NCBI RefSeq assembly: GCF_006345805.1 | Contig: NC_042997.1 | Coordinates: 36,704,001 to 36,768,000 of the forward strand | Source: Octopus sinensis | Lineage: Eukaryota | DNA: 64,000 nt | Direction: 5' to 3' | Shown: positions 52,301-64,000 of the stretch, in pieces | Layout: each line of letters starts with the position of its first letter | How positions within the stretch are numbered: the stretch's first letter is position 1 | Position numbers and translations under genes: made by a program | The notes under the pieces: generated by a model | The model's input: the letters and a program-made list of their open reading frames with translations, nothing else | Told to the model about the DNA's origin: nothing | The model's database searches: none

Positions 52301-53526
52301 GTACACTTTTTCTAGGTATGCAACTATACTCTTGGCAGTATACGCATAAAATAAAACATACAAATCTGCACGTATACATACGTACATACATGCATACATG
52401 CAGAATTGCCCTGTTGATGTTGAAATTCCAATGGAGTCTTGGATCTACGTTACAAACCGACTCTCTCTCTCTCTATTGGCAAGAAATCTTGAAATAAAAC
52501 CGAATGACATGCATACATACACACACAAACACACATGTATACCTACTACGTATGTACATACATACGTACGTACTTACATGCATACATGCATTCATCCATC
52601 CATCCGTCCATCCTTCTATCCATCCATTCATACATACATACATACATATGAGGTGAATGACAAAATTATCTAGTTGCGAATGAATTACATAGATTAGTCA
52701 GCCAGGAATATATTCCTCGAATGTTTACATTGTGAAGCCGGTGTTTGCCGCCTACTTTGCTACGAAGATATAAGTGAAAGTCTAAAATTGCCGTGATATA
52801 TCCTGCCGCATGCGTGCACAGCGCGTGTGATAAAGAAGTCTCCTCCCACAAATACACATATGCAGAGAAAAATCTATTTATACGCGTGTGTAGATGTGTG
52901 AAAGAGTTTGTTGTGTATACATGTAGTTTATATATGCTGATTTACTGACCTATTATTCTGAAGTTTATCCGATATGCATATGCAGAGAAGAACATGCGTG
53001 GAGAGTAATTTTCCTCAGATTAGTTGCCTAGTTATATTTTGGAAAGAGTGGGTTTTCAAAAGACTACTTGTGTATTCATTCTACTATTTCTGTATGCATA
53101 CATTTATTCACGGTTCAATGCTTTATATACCAACCTATCTATTTAAGATTAGAGCGTGTCGAAAGAACTCAGAAGTAAATGACAGGTGGATTAGTTACAG
53201 AAATCTATTACACATTTGTTTTATATTCTGTGAATGTGCATGAAGTTTTGATAAAATACTGCCAGTTACATCAAGGATAGTATTCAATAATACTTCCAAA
53301 AAAAAAAAAACAATCAATAGAAACACTGACTGACTAAATTATATTCTGGTTCGATCTGATTGACAAAGAACTAAAATATATGCCCCAGCTCGGTTGTATG
53401 GCAATGACTGTAATCAATGAAAGAAAAATAAACCTAATTTAGTATATTCATTAATGCATACAAATGTATATAGATGACGCACACATACACAAATACACAC
53501 ATACAAACACGCACACATACGCACAT

Positions 53527-53679
53527 TACTGGTACAAGAGTGTAACATTCTACTGTTCATAACTTATCAATCCGTACCAGCAAGTTCCCAATGAGAATAG
53601 TAGCATACCACACAGGCTAGCCCTGGCAGAGACAAAACTGATCCCCAAATGCAGAACTACCCACATGGCGAAAAACTAC
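53527..53679 (+). repeat. ~150 bp duplicate of LINE segment 50358-50511
   Basis: TACTGGTACAA...AAAAACTAC aligns with 50358-50511 with scattered substitutions. Confidence 0.9.
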
Positions 53680-54518
53680 ATTACACACATTACGAGTATA
53701 GCTATTTGTATGTCTATCTTAATATGGGCTGACTGTGAGAAAGCCATAGCTGCTGTTTTCGCCTTGTGAGAATAACTCTCATAAACGTATGTTGCTAAGA
53801 AGCTATAAATTCGAGTGCTCTTTTATACCATACTCCTCTACGGCACATTTCTACGTTATTTGTTGCGTTTTTACATTTTATACTTGTAAGTTGGATGAAC
53901 AGAATACTATTCGCTACAAATATTACTTCAGCCGCTAGTGACTAAATATACATAAAAGCATACATGCATACATACATACATACATACATACATACATACA
54001 TACATACATACATACATACATACATAATCCATTAGATCGGAAGCCACTTTGAGATTCAGATAGAACATCATTTAGGAGACATCCATCCAGGTGGGTGAGA
54101 AGAATATTTGCCAGTACCTTGCCAGCAGCTTATAGTAGAGCAATACCTCTGTAGTAACCACACATTTTTCTGGCTCCTTTTCCTTTATAGAGATGAATAA
54201 TTGCATTCGCCCTGTCTATCCCTGTCTATCCATGCATTGCATCGTCTATCCAGACTACACAAATAAGTTCATGATGTAATCACCACCAAACCGCAAGACC
54301 TCGGCAGAAATTCCATCTCTTCAAGGTACCCTACCTAGATTCAATTTACTTATTGCTGTCATTACCTCATCTATTGAGGGCGTGCAATTTAAGGAGCCAT
54401 TAATAGGCCTCTGTTGAAATTTTATATGCATATACATATATATGTATATATATATATATATATAACTACAAATGTACTCTTCGTGTTTTCTTTTTCTTCC
54501 ATGGATCTTTCCATCTTA

Positions 54519-54620
54519 CTTTCCGACGAATAGCTATGCTCGAAACTTCGAACACTCTATGTTTTTACTGAGCGTCAAACTAATACATTCCTTGTGCACA
54601 TCCTCTTGTCTAACATTTTA
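54519..54620 (+). mobile_element. Penelope-like terminal fragment with decayed hammerhead
   Basis: CTTT-CCGACGAA-TAGC-TAT-GCTC-GAAAC followed by GAGCGTCAAACTAATACA; same family as 59150-59270 and ~60710-60790. Confidence 0.5.
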
Positions 54621-54649
54621 AATTTTATTGTCCGTTTATTGATTTGACT

Positions 54650-54738
54650 ACACAGACACACACACGCACACACACACACACACCACACACACAGACATAT
54701 ATATGCGCGCACACATATAGACAGACATATACGTTATA

Positions 54739-54814
<76 letters not shown>

Positions 54815-54830
54815 ATATAATATATATACG
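54650..54830. repeat. (CA)n/(TA)n microsatellite
   Basis: Direct inspection. Confidence 0.92.
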
Positions 54831-55299
54831 AAAGTTCATATATGTGTATTCTCATAAGCGCATATTATCTCAATGCACACACATACAAATAGGTGCAATG
54901 TTTTTAGGACACTAAGCATTTATATGCGCACGGTTGCTCTCCTGTACAATATCAAAGTTCTAAATGTCTCACGGCATGACGAATGCGCCAATGAGCAGAC
55001 GGCTAATACCAGGTTAAGTCTCTTGACTGGATGTTTTGCAGAAGAAACTAATTGGAACGAATTGCAATGAAAATAAGTGTGAAAATAAAAATATGATAAA
55101 ATAAATATAGACGTTCCATCTTTGGATGTCTGCATATGTTGCATGAAATGAGCGATCTGGTAACTTGTATTTGTATAGCATAATGCAGTCGACGTTTGAA
55201 GTAGTTCTAGAAGATTAACAAATGATACATTTAGCGTAAATGTCGTTAAGGATGATTCGCTTTATATATAATAACCGAAATAGACACGCTGTGGAAAAA

Positions 55300-55640
55300 A
55301 ATACTTGAGAATCTACAATATATATACACATGCATACTTGTATGCAAACATATTAAAATATATATATGAATACATTTATCATATATATATATATATATAC
55401 TTATATAAATATATATATATTTATATATATAGACGTATCTAAAATATATATATACATACGTATACGCACACATATATATGTATATATACATATATACATA
55501 TCTATATTTACTACACACATATATAATATATATACAGATATTTATCGTATATATATATATATGTGTGTGTGCGTTTATATATATATATATATATATATAT
55601 AATGTGTTATATAGACACATACATATATGGGTGTATGTAT
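55300..55640. repeat. Degenerate (TA)n-rich tract
   Basis: Direct inspection. Confidence 0.88.
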
Positions 55641-56124
55641 GCATGTATGCATGTATGTGTATAAGTATTTATGAGGGTATACATGTTTCTGTGTATGAAT
55701 TGATCGATATCGGCATATATTCTTTTAATTACTAATGCATATTTATATAAAGATACCTTTCTATATTTATGCAAAGACACAAACATAAGAAAAAAACACA
55801 CACATAGATACAATTGGAAGTATGAATACATTTACATGTGTGTGTTTGTGTTTGTGTGTACGCTTCTGTGTGTACGCGTGTTCGTGTGTGTATGTATGTG
55901 CGTACGTATTTATGTGCGTGTGTTTGTGCGTATATAGCTATTGCACATGGACAGCAATTTTGATTGCATTTGTAAGTCGATTACACCGTGCAAATTGTTG
56001 AAGACTATCTTACAGACATTGTATACTCGAAAAGCAAAATGCCCATCGGCAAGATTTCACCTCCGGAATTAAGCAGTCAAAAGAAAAATTGCACCGCATT
56101 TTCTCCCGTACTCTGTACATAATG

Positions 56125-56164
56125 TATATATATATATATATATATCCACACACACACACACACA

Positions 56165-56224
<60 letters not shown>

Positions 56225-56300
56225 CACATATATATATATATATATATACATGTATATGTACATACATCCATACATATAAAAATACATACAAACATACAAA
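56125..56300. repeat. (TA)n/(CA)n microsatellite
   Basis: Direct inspection. Confidence 0.92.
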
Positions 56301-56898
56301 TACATAAGTGGAAAAGAAAACATCTTTCTATGGCAAGATGCCTGCTATAGAATAGAATTTTGATCGTCTAAACACATACGATAATTTTCACTATAAATAC
56401 ATAGCGTGTTGAAACGAGCAAAACGAACTAACAGAAATTATAAAATTCCGTTAACCCCGAACAGGACCGATTTCTGGGCTATTCTAAAAGAATTCTTCCT
56501 TCGACAGCGAGGAAAGCGACAAGAATAAATGGAATACTTACATATATCCATGGAAAAAACAGATGCAAAGCCATGTGCATATTTAAGTACTCCAAATATA
56601 TTCAAACAAAATTTCTGTAGCAAGCTGTGTATTTATAGTGAAAAATATTGTGTGGTTAGAAGATCTAAAGTGTAATTTTCAGCGTATTGCCATATAAATT
56701 TATTTTTATTTTGGCCTTCATTATAATTGTTTACACATATCTAAACATACATACATACATACACCTTAAAAGTTATATTAATATGCTGCCCACAGATAAC
56801 ATTTTGATCTTGAAAGAAATTTATCCTCATGTTAGAAGTGTGTATATATATATTTATATGTGCGTGTGTGTGTATGTATATATATATATATATATATA

Positions 56899-57304
56899 TA
56901 TAAGAATGAATGTTTTTATATATAATGAACGTGAAATACAGGAAGGGACGAACACGGAACACAGACAAATCATTCGAAGCCTTCAATCTTCAGTCAGACA
57001 CCGAATCATCATAGCAAATTTCGGCTGTTCAATTCTGATATTTGCTCCAACTCGGCCAGCCCCAAGAAAAAAACTAAGCTGTAAGCATTAGATTTCTTGG
57101 TAGAAGACAGGAATGTGAACGCACAAGACGGATGTGAATACAAGAGACGAAAACGAAATTGAAAACAGTAATGAAAAAACAAAACATATATAACGGTGGT
57201 TGTCATACGACTTTAGACAAATGAGACAAAACACAACAACATAGCAGCTGGCGTAGAAATAATTACCGTTTCGGTAGCGGGGACACATGTTGGTCGAGAT
57301 ACGA
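56899..57304. repeat. ~405 bp direct repeat, copy 1
   Basis: TATAAGAATGAATG...GGTCGAGATACGA, nearly identical to 57591-57995. Confidence 0.93.
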
Positions 57305-57590
57305 AGGCCAACAGAATGGTTGAAGAAGCAGCAAGTCGCAGGAGAGAGAGAAGAGACAGAGAGAGAGGGAATCAAAGAGGGTGGAAGGCAGGGGACAGAA
57401 TCAGTGACCAAGAGAGAAGGAGAAAGAAGGGATTAAGGAGGATGGGAGGAAGAGAGGGGAAGAATCGGAGGCGCCAAAAAGTTTGGTGAAGAAGCAATGG
57501 CGGGTAGTAAAAGACAGTGTGTATAGAAGTCGTGCAGGGTTTAAATTGGACAAACAACGGGGGGGGGGGGTGCACGTAACGCCGCAATAA

Positions 57591-57995
57591 TATAAGAATG
57601 AATGTTTTTATATATAATGAACGTGAAATACAGGAAGGGACGAACACGGAACACAGAAATCATTCGAAGCCTTCAATCTTCAGTCAGACAACGAATCATC
57701 ATAGCAAATTTCGGCTGTTCAATTCTGATATTTGCTCCAACTCGGCCAGCCCCAAGAAAAAAAACTAAGCTGTAAGCATTAGATTTCTTGGTAGAAGACA
57801 GGAATGTGAACGCACAAGACGGATGTGAATACAGAGACGAAAACGAAATTGAAAACAGTAATGAAAAAAAAAAACATTATAACGGTGGTTGTCATACGAC
57901 TTTAGACCAAATGAGACAAAACAACAACAACATAGCAGCTGGCGTAGAAATAATTACCGTTTCGGTAGCGGGGACACATGTTGGTCGAGATACGA
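57591..57995. repeat. ~405 bp direct repeat, copy 2
   Basis: See 56899-57304; separated by a ~285 bp purine-rich spacer. Confidence 0.93.
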
Positions 57996-58159
57996 TATAC
58001 ATACATATATATAGATAGATGCATACATACATACATATATGGATACACACATATATATACATGATTATATGTGTATATGTATATAAAGATAGATAGTTAC
58101 ATAGATAAATTGACACATATATATATATACATAAATATATATATATGTATATGCATATA

Positions 58160-58215
<56 letters not shown>

Positions 58216-58216
<1 letters not shown>

Positions 58217-58430
58217 GTACTTGTTTCAGTCATTTGACTGCGGCCATGCTGGAGCACCGCCTTTTAGAGTGGTGAAAGAGTACAGCAGGGATCACCACCT
58301 CCTGCCGGAGCCTCGTGGAGCTTTTAGGTGTTTCGCTCAATAAACACACACAACGCCCGGTCTGGGAATCGAAACCGCGATCCTCCGACCGCAAGTCCGC
58401 TGCCCTAACCACTAGGCCATTGCGCCTCCA
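58216..58430 (-). mobile_element. tRNA-derived SINE with a different head but the same 3' tail as the abundant family
   Basis: Minus: GGAGGCGCAATGGCCTAGTGG (A box)...GGTTTCGATTCC (B box), short body, then AAAAGGCGGTGCTCCAGCATGGCCGCAGTCAAATGACTGAAACAAGTA. Confidence 0.85.
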
Positions 58431-58446
58431 CATATATATATATGTT

Positions 58447-58478
<32 letters not shown>

Positions 58479-58574
58479 ATTTATATATATATATATATAT
58501 TTATATATATACATATATACATATATAAACATTTTTATATATATACATGTATACATTGTACAAAGAACAGGGCT

Positions 58575-59270
58575 TAATCTTCTCTCTTCGTTCCTTTGCA
58601 CCACATGAGCTCAACTCTCCTCCCCTCTTCATCTAACCATCCTCCCCTCCTCTCCTTCCACCCGCCTCCCCAATCTTGCTCCGACTCCTGCTTCTCTTTA
58701 CTCCAACTATCTTTCTCTCTTGTCTTCATTCCTACCCACAATCTCATTCCCCCACTTCATCGTCAACCCTCCCTCATGAGCCCACCCACCCGTACACAAT
58801 CCAGCCCCACCTTCCCTATCCATCCCATCCCACACCACCCCATCCTCCACCATACACCACATAACAACGCATCGCACCACCATGGACACTCTAGCACTAA
58901 CCACTTCCTAGCCCCATATTCACACACCTACACATACACACAAGCACACATCAACGTCATCAGCCCTCGTCCATACGTACATACATACTCTCTTATACAT
59001 ACGCACGAGCACCATCGTTTTGGGATCACCACTAATTTATCATCTCCCCTTCTTGCTAGCTCACCCGTGTTACCCCTAGGTGGGGCATTCGCCATGATAG
59101 ACCGCTAGGCACTACACTTTCTGTATTTTCTCTCTTTGTTTCTTTCTGTGTTCCTTTCTTTGGAAGAGCGTATGCTCGAAACGTTAAAGACTCTTCCATT
59201 TCCTGGGCGTTATACTAATACATCTGCTTGTTGTGTACACGACCTGTCTTCGTCTTTTTTTTTATTACTC
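58575..59270 (+). mobile_element. C-rich tract ending in a hammerhead-like motif; possible Penelope-like 3' UTR/terminal repeat
   Basis: Low-complexity C/A-rich stretch followed by GAAGAGCGTATGCTCGAAACGTTAAAG (stem GAGC/GCTC + GAAACGTT); the CUGAUGA half is decayed. Confidence 0.5.
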
Positions 59271-59317
59271 TACATATATGGTTGTTTGTGTTATGTGTGT
59301 GTGTGTGAGTACTCTAC

Positions 59318-59356
<39 letters not shown>

Positions 59357-59393
59357 GTGTGTGTGTGTGTATATAAATATATATACATGTATA

Positions 59394-59444
<51 letters not shown>

Positions 59445-60254
59445 TAATGTTTTACACTCTTCAGACATTTGACTTTTGCCATGCTGGAGCGGCGCCTTGA
59501 AAATTATTGTTTCACCCATATATATACACTACACACATACACATTGATTTATATATATGTGACACATCTTGTAATACACCATAACAGGTACCTACAATTA
59601 GTGGTCAGATAAGCTGAACCTGAACACATATTTTAAATGCAACTTTATATGCGGAGATATGGTAGTTTCCTATACTAAATGACTCTTTGGTATAGGCAAT
59701 GTATCCATTAATCTGGTACATGTATATTAGAGTAAATGAATAGATAACTAAACAACTGGTAGCATGCCAGATTATGACATATTATATATATAGCACCAAA
59801 AAAAAACAATGCATAAATAAATATACTTTAGAAGAGATGAGTATCAATTCCACTAAGGAATGTTCCTAATAGATATTACATACGTTGTAACACACCAGCA
59901 ATAGCCATAATGTATAGCAATGGTTTTGATATGAAACAGATCGGTAGATAAACAAATGTCATCACAGTTGAAATCCGTAAAAATGAATGACGAGAAATAT
60001 GTGTAGATTTGTCCATACAGCTGTTTCATGCATTTCTGCTTTGCTAGTTCAGTTCTTATAAGCTCTCGGCACAGTTTAGTAGCCACCAAATAAGTCTTCC
60101 AATAATTTTTCTACTAATATTTCCATATTCTTATTATTTTCTCTGGATGGTTTTGATGAATATGATGAATTTTTATTAGGAATCATTCTTTCTCTCCTTT
60201 TAAACCTCTCAGAACGTTTCAATTGTTCTTTTTGAACTTGATTTTCCCTACACA

Positions 60255-60283
60255 CACACACTCACACACACTCACATATATAC

Positions 60284-60348
<65 letters not shown>

Positions 60349-60416
60349 CTTTTATTAAACTTTTAATACATTTGATATATTATATAAAAATAAAAAATAA
60401 AAAATAAAATAAAAAA

Positions 60417-60453
<37 letters not shown>

Positions 60454-60600
60454 TGTGGTATTATATATAAATAAATAAATTAATAATTAATAAAATAATA
60501 TATAAGTATAAAAATATACATACATACATATATATATATTTGTATATATATATAAAATTTATAAGTTTAGATTATTTAAATTTTTTTTTTATTTTTAACT
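60255..60600. repeat. (CA)n/(TA)n and A/T low-complexity tract
   Basis: Direct inspection. Confidence 0.88.
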
Positions 60601-61319
60601 TTTATATTTTAAAATTAATTTTATGTATTGGCTTATGTTTTTCACTGTTTGAGTTGCCTAATAGTGGTTTTATCTCTAATTTAATATAATATATATATAT
60701 ATGCATATAAAAGACATTCTCACGTTCCCGAGCGTCAAAATTATACACCTCCTTATTTTTCTGCACCTGTCTTCGTCTTTTGTTTTTCTATAAATTTCAA
60801 CTACATATATACATAGGTCAAAAAAGAAAATGTAGATAATAATCAACTGACAAACAATATTTGCCTGCAGACATTAATTCCATCTATATATCAATTACAA
60901 ACATATGTATAAATAAATAAATAAGAATGACTGAAAACAATGGCGTTGTTAGTGTCCGTTAAATCTATCAATAAAATGCAAAACAAATACAAGAAAATAT
61001 TCAAGAAATGAATTATCTAAGGGACTTACATACTGTGAGAGGTAATAAATAATGCGTGGCGGTTATGGATATGTTATTCTGTTATGAATATATCTAAGAT
61101 TCATTTCTAATTGAAAAATAATTATCTAAACGAGAAATGAAAAAATGAAAAACATGAATATAAAATTTTCATTATTATGGACTATAGATAAATGGAGGTA
61201 ACCGTGTAATGTATTATAATTATTTGAATACGGAGAACAATTGTTTATACCCAACAGAGACGTAATTTAGCCATATAGTCACATACATGCAAGAACACAT
61301 AGATATACAATCTGTACAC

Positions 61320-61322
61320 ACC

Positions 61323-61380
<58 letters not shown>

Positions 61381-61392
61381 ATATATATATTA

Positions 61393-61451
<59 letters not shown>

Positions 61452-61481
61452 TGTACATATATATATATATATATACATATA

Positions 61482-61535
<54 letters not shown>
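61320..61535. repeat. Long (TA)n microsatellite
   Basis: Direct inspection. Confidence 0.96.
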
Positions 61536-61539
<4 letters not shown>

Positions 61540-61954
61540 GAAACAAATTATGCACGAATATAAGGTTGGCGTTAATTTCAATTATAGAGAAACATAGAAT
61601 ATTCAGTTTAGGATAGAGATAGAGATGAAAGGAAAATAATGAACATATGTGGTATTATAAATGTATAAGGTTGTAAAGTTAACTGCAATTATAGTAAGAA
61701 GTATTCGGGTTAGGATAGAGATGAAAGGAATGCAATTTCTTGTGAGGTATTTTGTCATAAGAGGTATATGAATACACCTGCATATGTAAGTATCAATAAA
61801 TATAGGAATCAACACTCACAGATAAATGTTTAGAAGTATATGGTGTAACAAGCGCGGGAGAACTGGTATATAAAATGTATATAATAATTATACATATATA
61901 TATATATTCCTTGAATATTTTCTTATATTTGTTTTTTTTAATTTTATTGATATA

Positions 61955-62358
61955 GGCGCAGAAGTGGCTGTGTGGTAGGTAGCTTGCTTACCAACTACAT
62001 GGTTCCGGATTCAGTCCCACTGCGTGGCATCTTGGGCATGTGTCTTCTACTATAGCCTAGGACCGACCAAAGCCTTGTGAGTGGATTTGGTAGACGGAAA
62101 CTGAAAGAAGCCTTTCGTATATATATGTATATGTATATATGTATGTCTGTGTGTGTGTTTTTCCTTCCTCCAACATCGCTTGACAACCGATGTTGGTGTG
62201 TTTACGTCCCCGTAACTTAGCGGTTCGGCAAAAAAAGGACCGATAGAATAAGTACTAGGTTTACAAAGAATAAGTCCTAGGGTCGATTTGCTCGACTAAA
62301 GGCGGTGCTCCAGCATGGCCGCAGTCAAATGACTGAAACAAGTAAAAGAGTAAAAGAG
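61955..62358 (+). mobile_element. Full-length Octopus-type tRNA-SINE
   Basis: GGCGCAGAAGTGGCTGTGTGG head, internal TA/TG repeat, conserved tail and (GTAAAAGA)2 end. Confidence 0.92.
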
Positions 62359-64000
62359 ATAGATTTAACGGACCCTAAGAACGCCATTCTTTTCGAATAT
62401 TAGTGGACCAATTAAGTGGTAGGAATGGCATTGACCTAATCCTATTCATCATAGGGTTTTTTTGATGAGATATTTTTTAATAGATAATAACAGCACACTT
62501 GATTTATACCCAAATTTTTTCTTCATTGATATTGGTACATAATGATTTCCCCAACTAAATTTACATTAAATTAACTTTGTTAATTTTATGGATATTCTAT
62601 TGCATAGCCTTTAGCTTTTAACTAATGACTCCTGTGATATAGATCATCCCATTAACAACACCCTAGAATCTTTTACCCTTGCTATATCCCCCATCAAATT
62701 GAAATTAGATGTAATCTCATAACCTATGGATATTATCTTGGAATTCACTTTTTACCATTTCTTATTTTTATTATTTTATTATACATCTTTACATGCTTGA
62801 TTCTTACAATTATGGACTCTCCAGCGAAGCTTTCGGGCTCAATTATTGTCAAGCCTCTGTTCATTTTTTGTTCAACCTGTGTACAATCTCTGTATAATAT
62901 TGATATGTTCTGCCAACTTTGGCAAGATGGACCCTAAAGCAGAAACAGTTGTAAGAGTATAGTATTATTCACTCATTTATTCTTATTTATTTATTCATAT
63001 GATTGTAATTAATAATTATATCCAATTGATGTTTGCAGGCTGATGTTTGTCAATTGATTAACTTTTTCCATTTTATTCTTTGCCTTATAAATTTGGGTAA
63101 ATATCTTTTTACCCCCGTTCATACCTTTTATTCAATTGCGCTATTGCTTTACATATGTAAGTGGTTTCATGTGTGTTGTGTGTGTATTTGTATTTATATT
63201 ATGTATGTATATTAATGACATTTAGAAGGCTGGTTTTACTTCCTTCACTTTAGAGTGTAAAATAAAATAATGTACCCTACTTTCATTGATAACATAACTC
63301 TAACTCATGCCGGTGTTCACAACCATAGCAAATTCACACGCTGATATACTCCGATGAGAAATGAAAATATATTAACCTAAATATTTTGATTTCGAATGCG
63401 CTAACGTACGTTCAGCATAAAAGTATTCAAGTTCAGTATTAGAAAAAGACAACTCAGTGGGTATTCCTTGAAATTACACTACATGTATAGTAATTGATCA
63501 TATTATATTTGCTTTGATTCAAGGACTAAAACAATTCTGTAGGTCTACAAATTTGTTATTAACTATAGTTTTATAATCTCGAAAAGAAAACATTTCTATT
63601 CCTGCTCATTTAAACCACGCAATATATTTTTTTGTGAAATCCTGTCAGTAGAAAGCGTTGGTGAATTATATTCTTTGTAAAGTGCAAATAAAAAAATCCG
63701 GAAACAAGAATAAATTTGAATCAATCTCTGATTCATATAAGAAATGATACCTTTTATTTCGAAAGATATATTTTGAACGGATAGAAGAATAGTGGTGGTG
63801 GTGGTGGTAGGGGGGACATAAATTGTATGGCAGAAGGAAATCTCTAATTAACTTTACGGAATAAAGAAATTGCACATTTCATCTGTCTTGTTACGAACGG
63901 ATTTAGAGAAAACGATAAAGGCTTCGTCTTCGTCACATATTTAATCTCACGTTTACATTCTTTATATATTCTATTCTGAAATAAAGCCACATATTTATAG

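Noticed and set aside
58596-59108. 170-aa Pro/His/Ser-rich ORF
   Set aside because: Low-complexity C-rich tract that avoids stops by composition; lies in a probable repeat terminus.

Overview
AT-rich, repeat-dominated eukaryotic DNA, probably from Octopus. This is inferred from the recurrent tRNA-derived SINE with the ...GGCGGTGCTCCAGCATGGCCGCAGTCAAATGACTGAAACAAGTA tail and the dense TA/CA/AAT microsatellites. I can support no intact host gene, and nearly all ORFs in the track are microsatellite or satellite read-throughs. Recognisable content: several tRNA-SINEs, two RTE-like 3' fragments, a mariner transposase relic, a Penelope GIY-YIG fragment, two R4/Dong-type REL-endonuclease LINE relics and an ~18 kb 13-bp satellite (31978-49952). 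The satellite appears to have expanded inside one LINE ORF. The most striking element is a ~4.15 kb fold-back array (23434-27588) of a ~600 bp unit. Each full unit carries a type I hammerhead ribozyme with a canonical core (CUGAAGA/GAAA/GUC), resembling a retrozyme or ribozyme satellite. Three further palindromic insertions carry Penelope-type minimal hammerhead motifs with the same outward polarity. All alignments and folds were done by eye, so boundaries are approximate.
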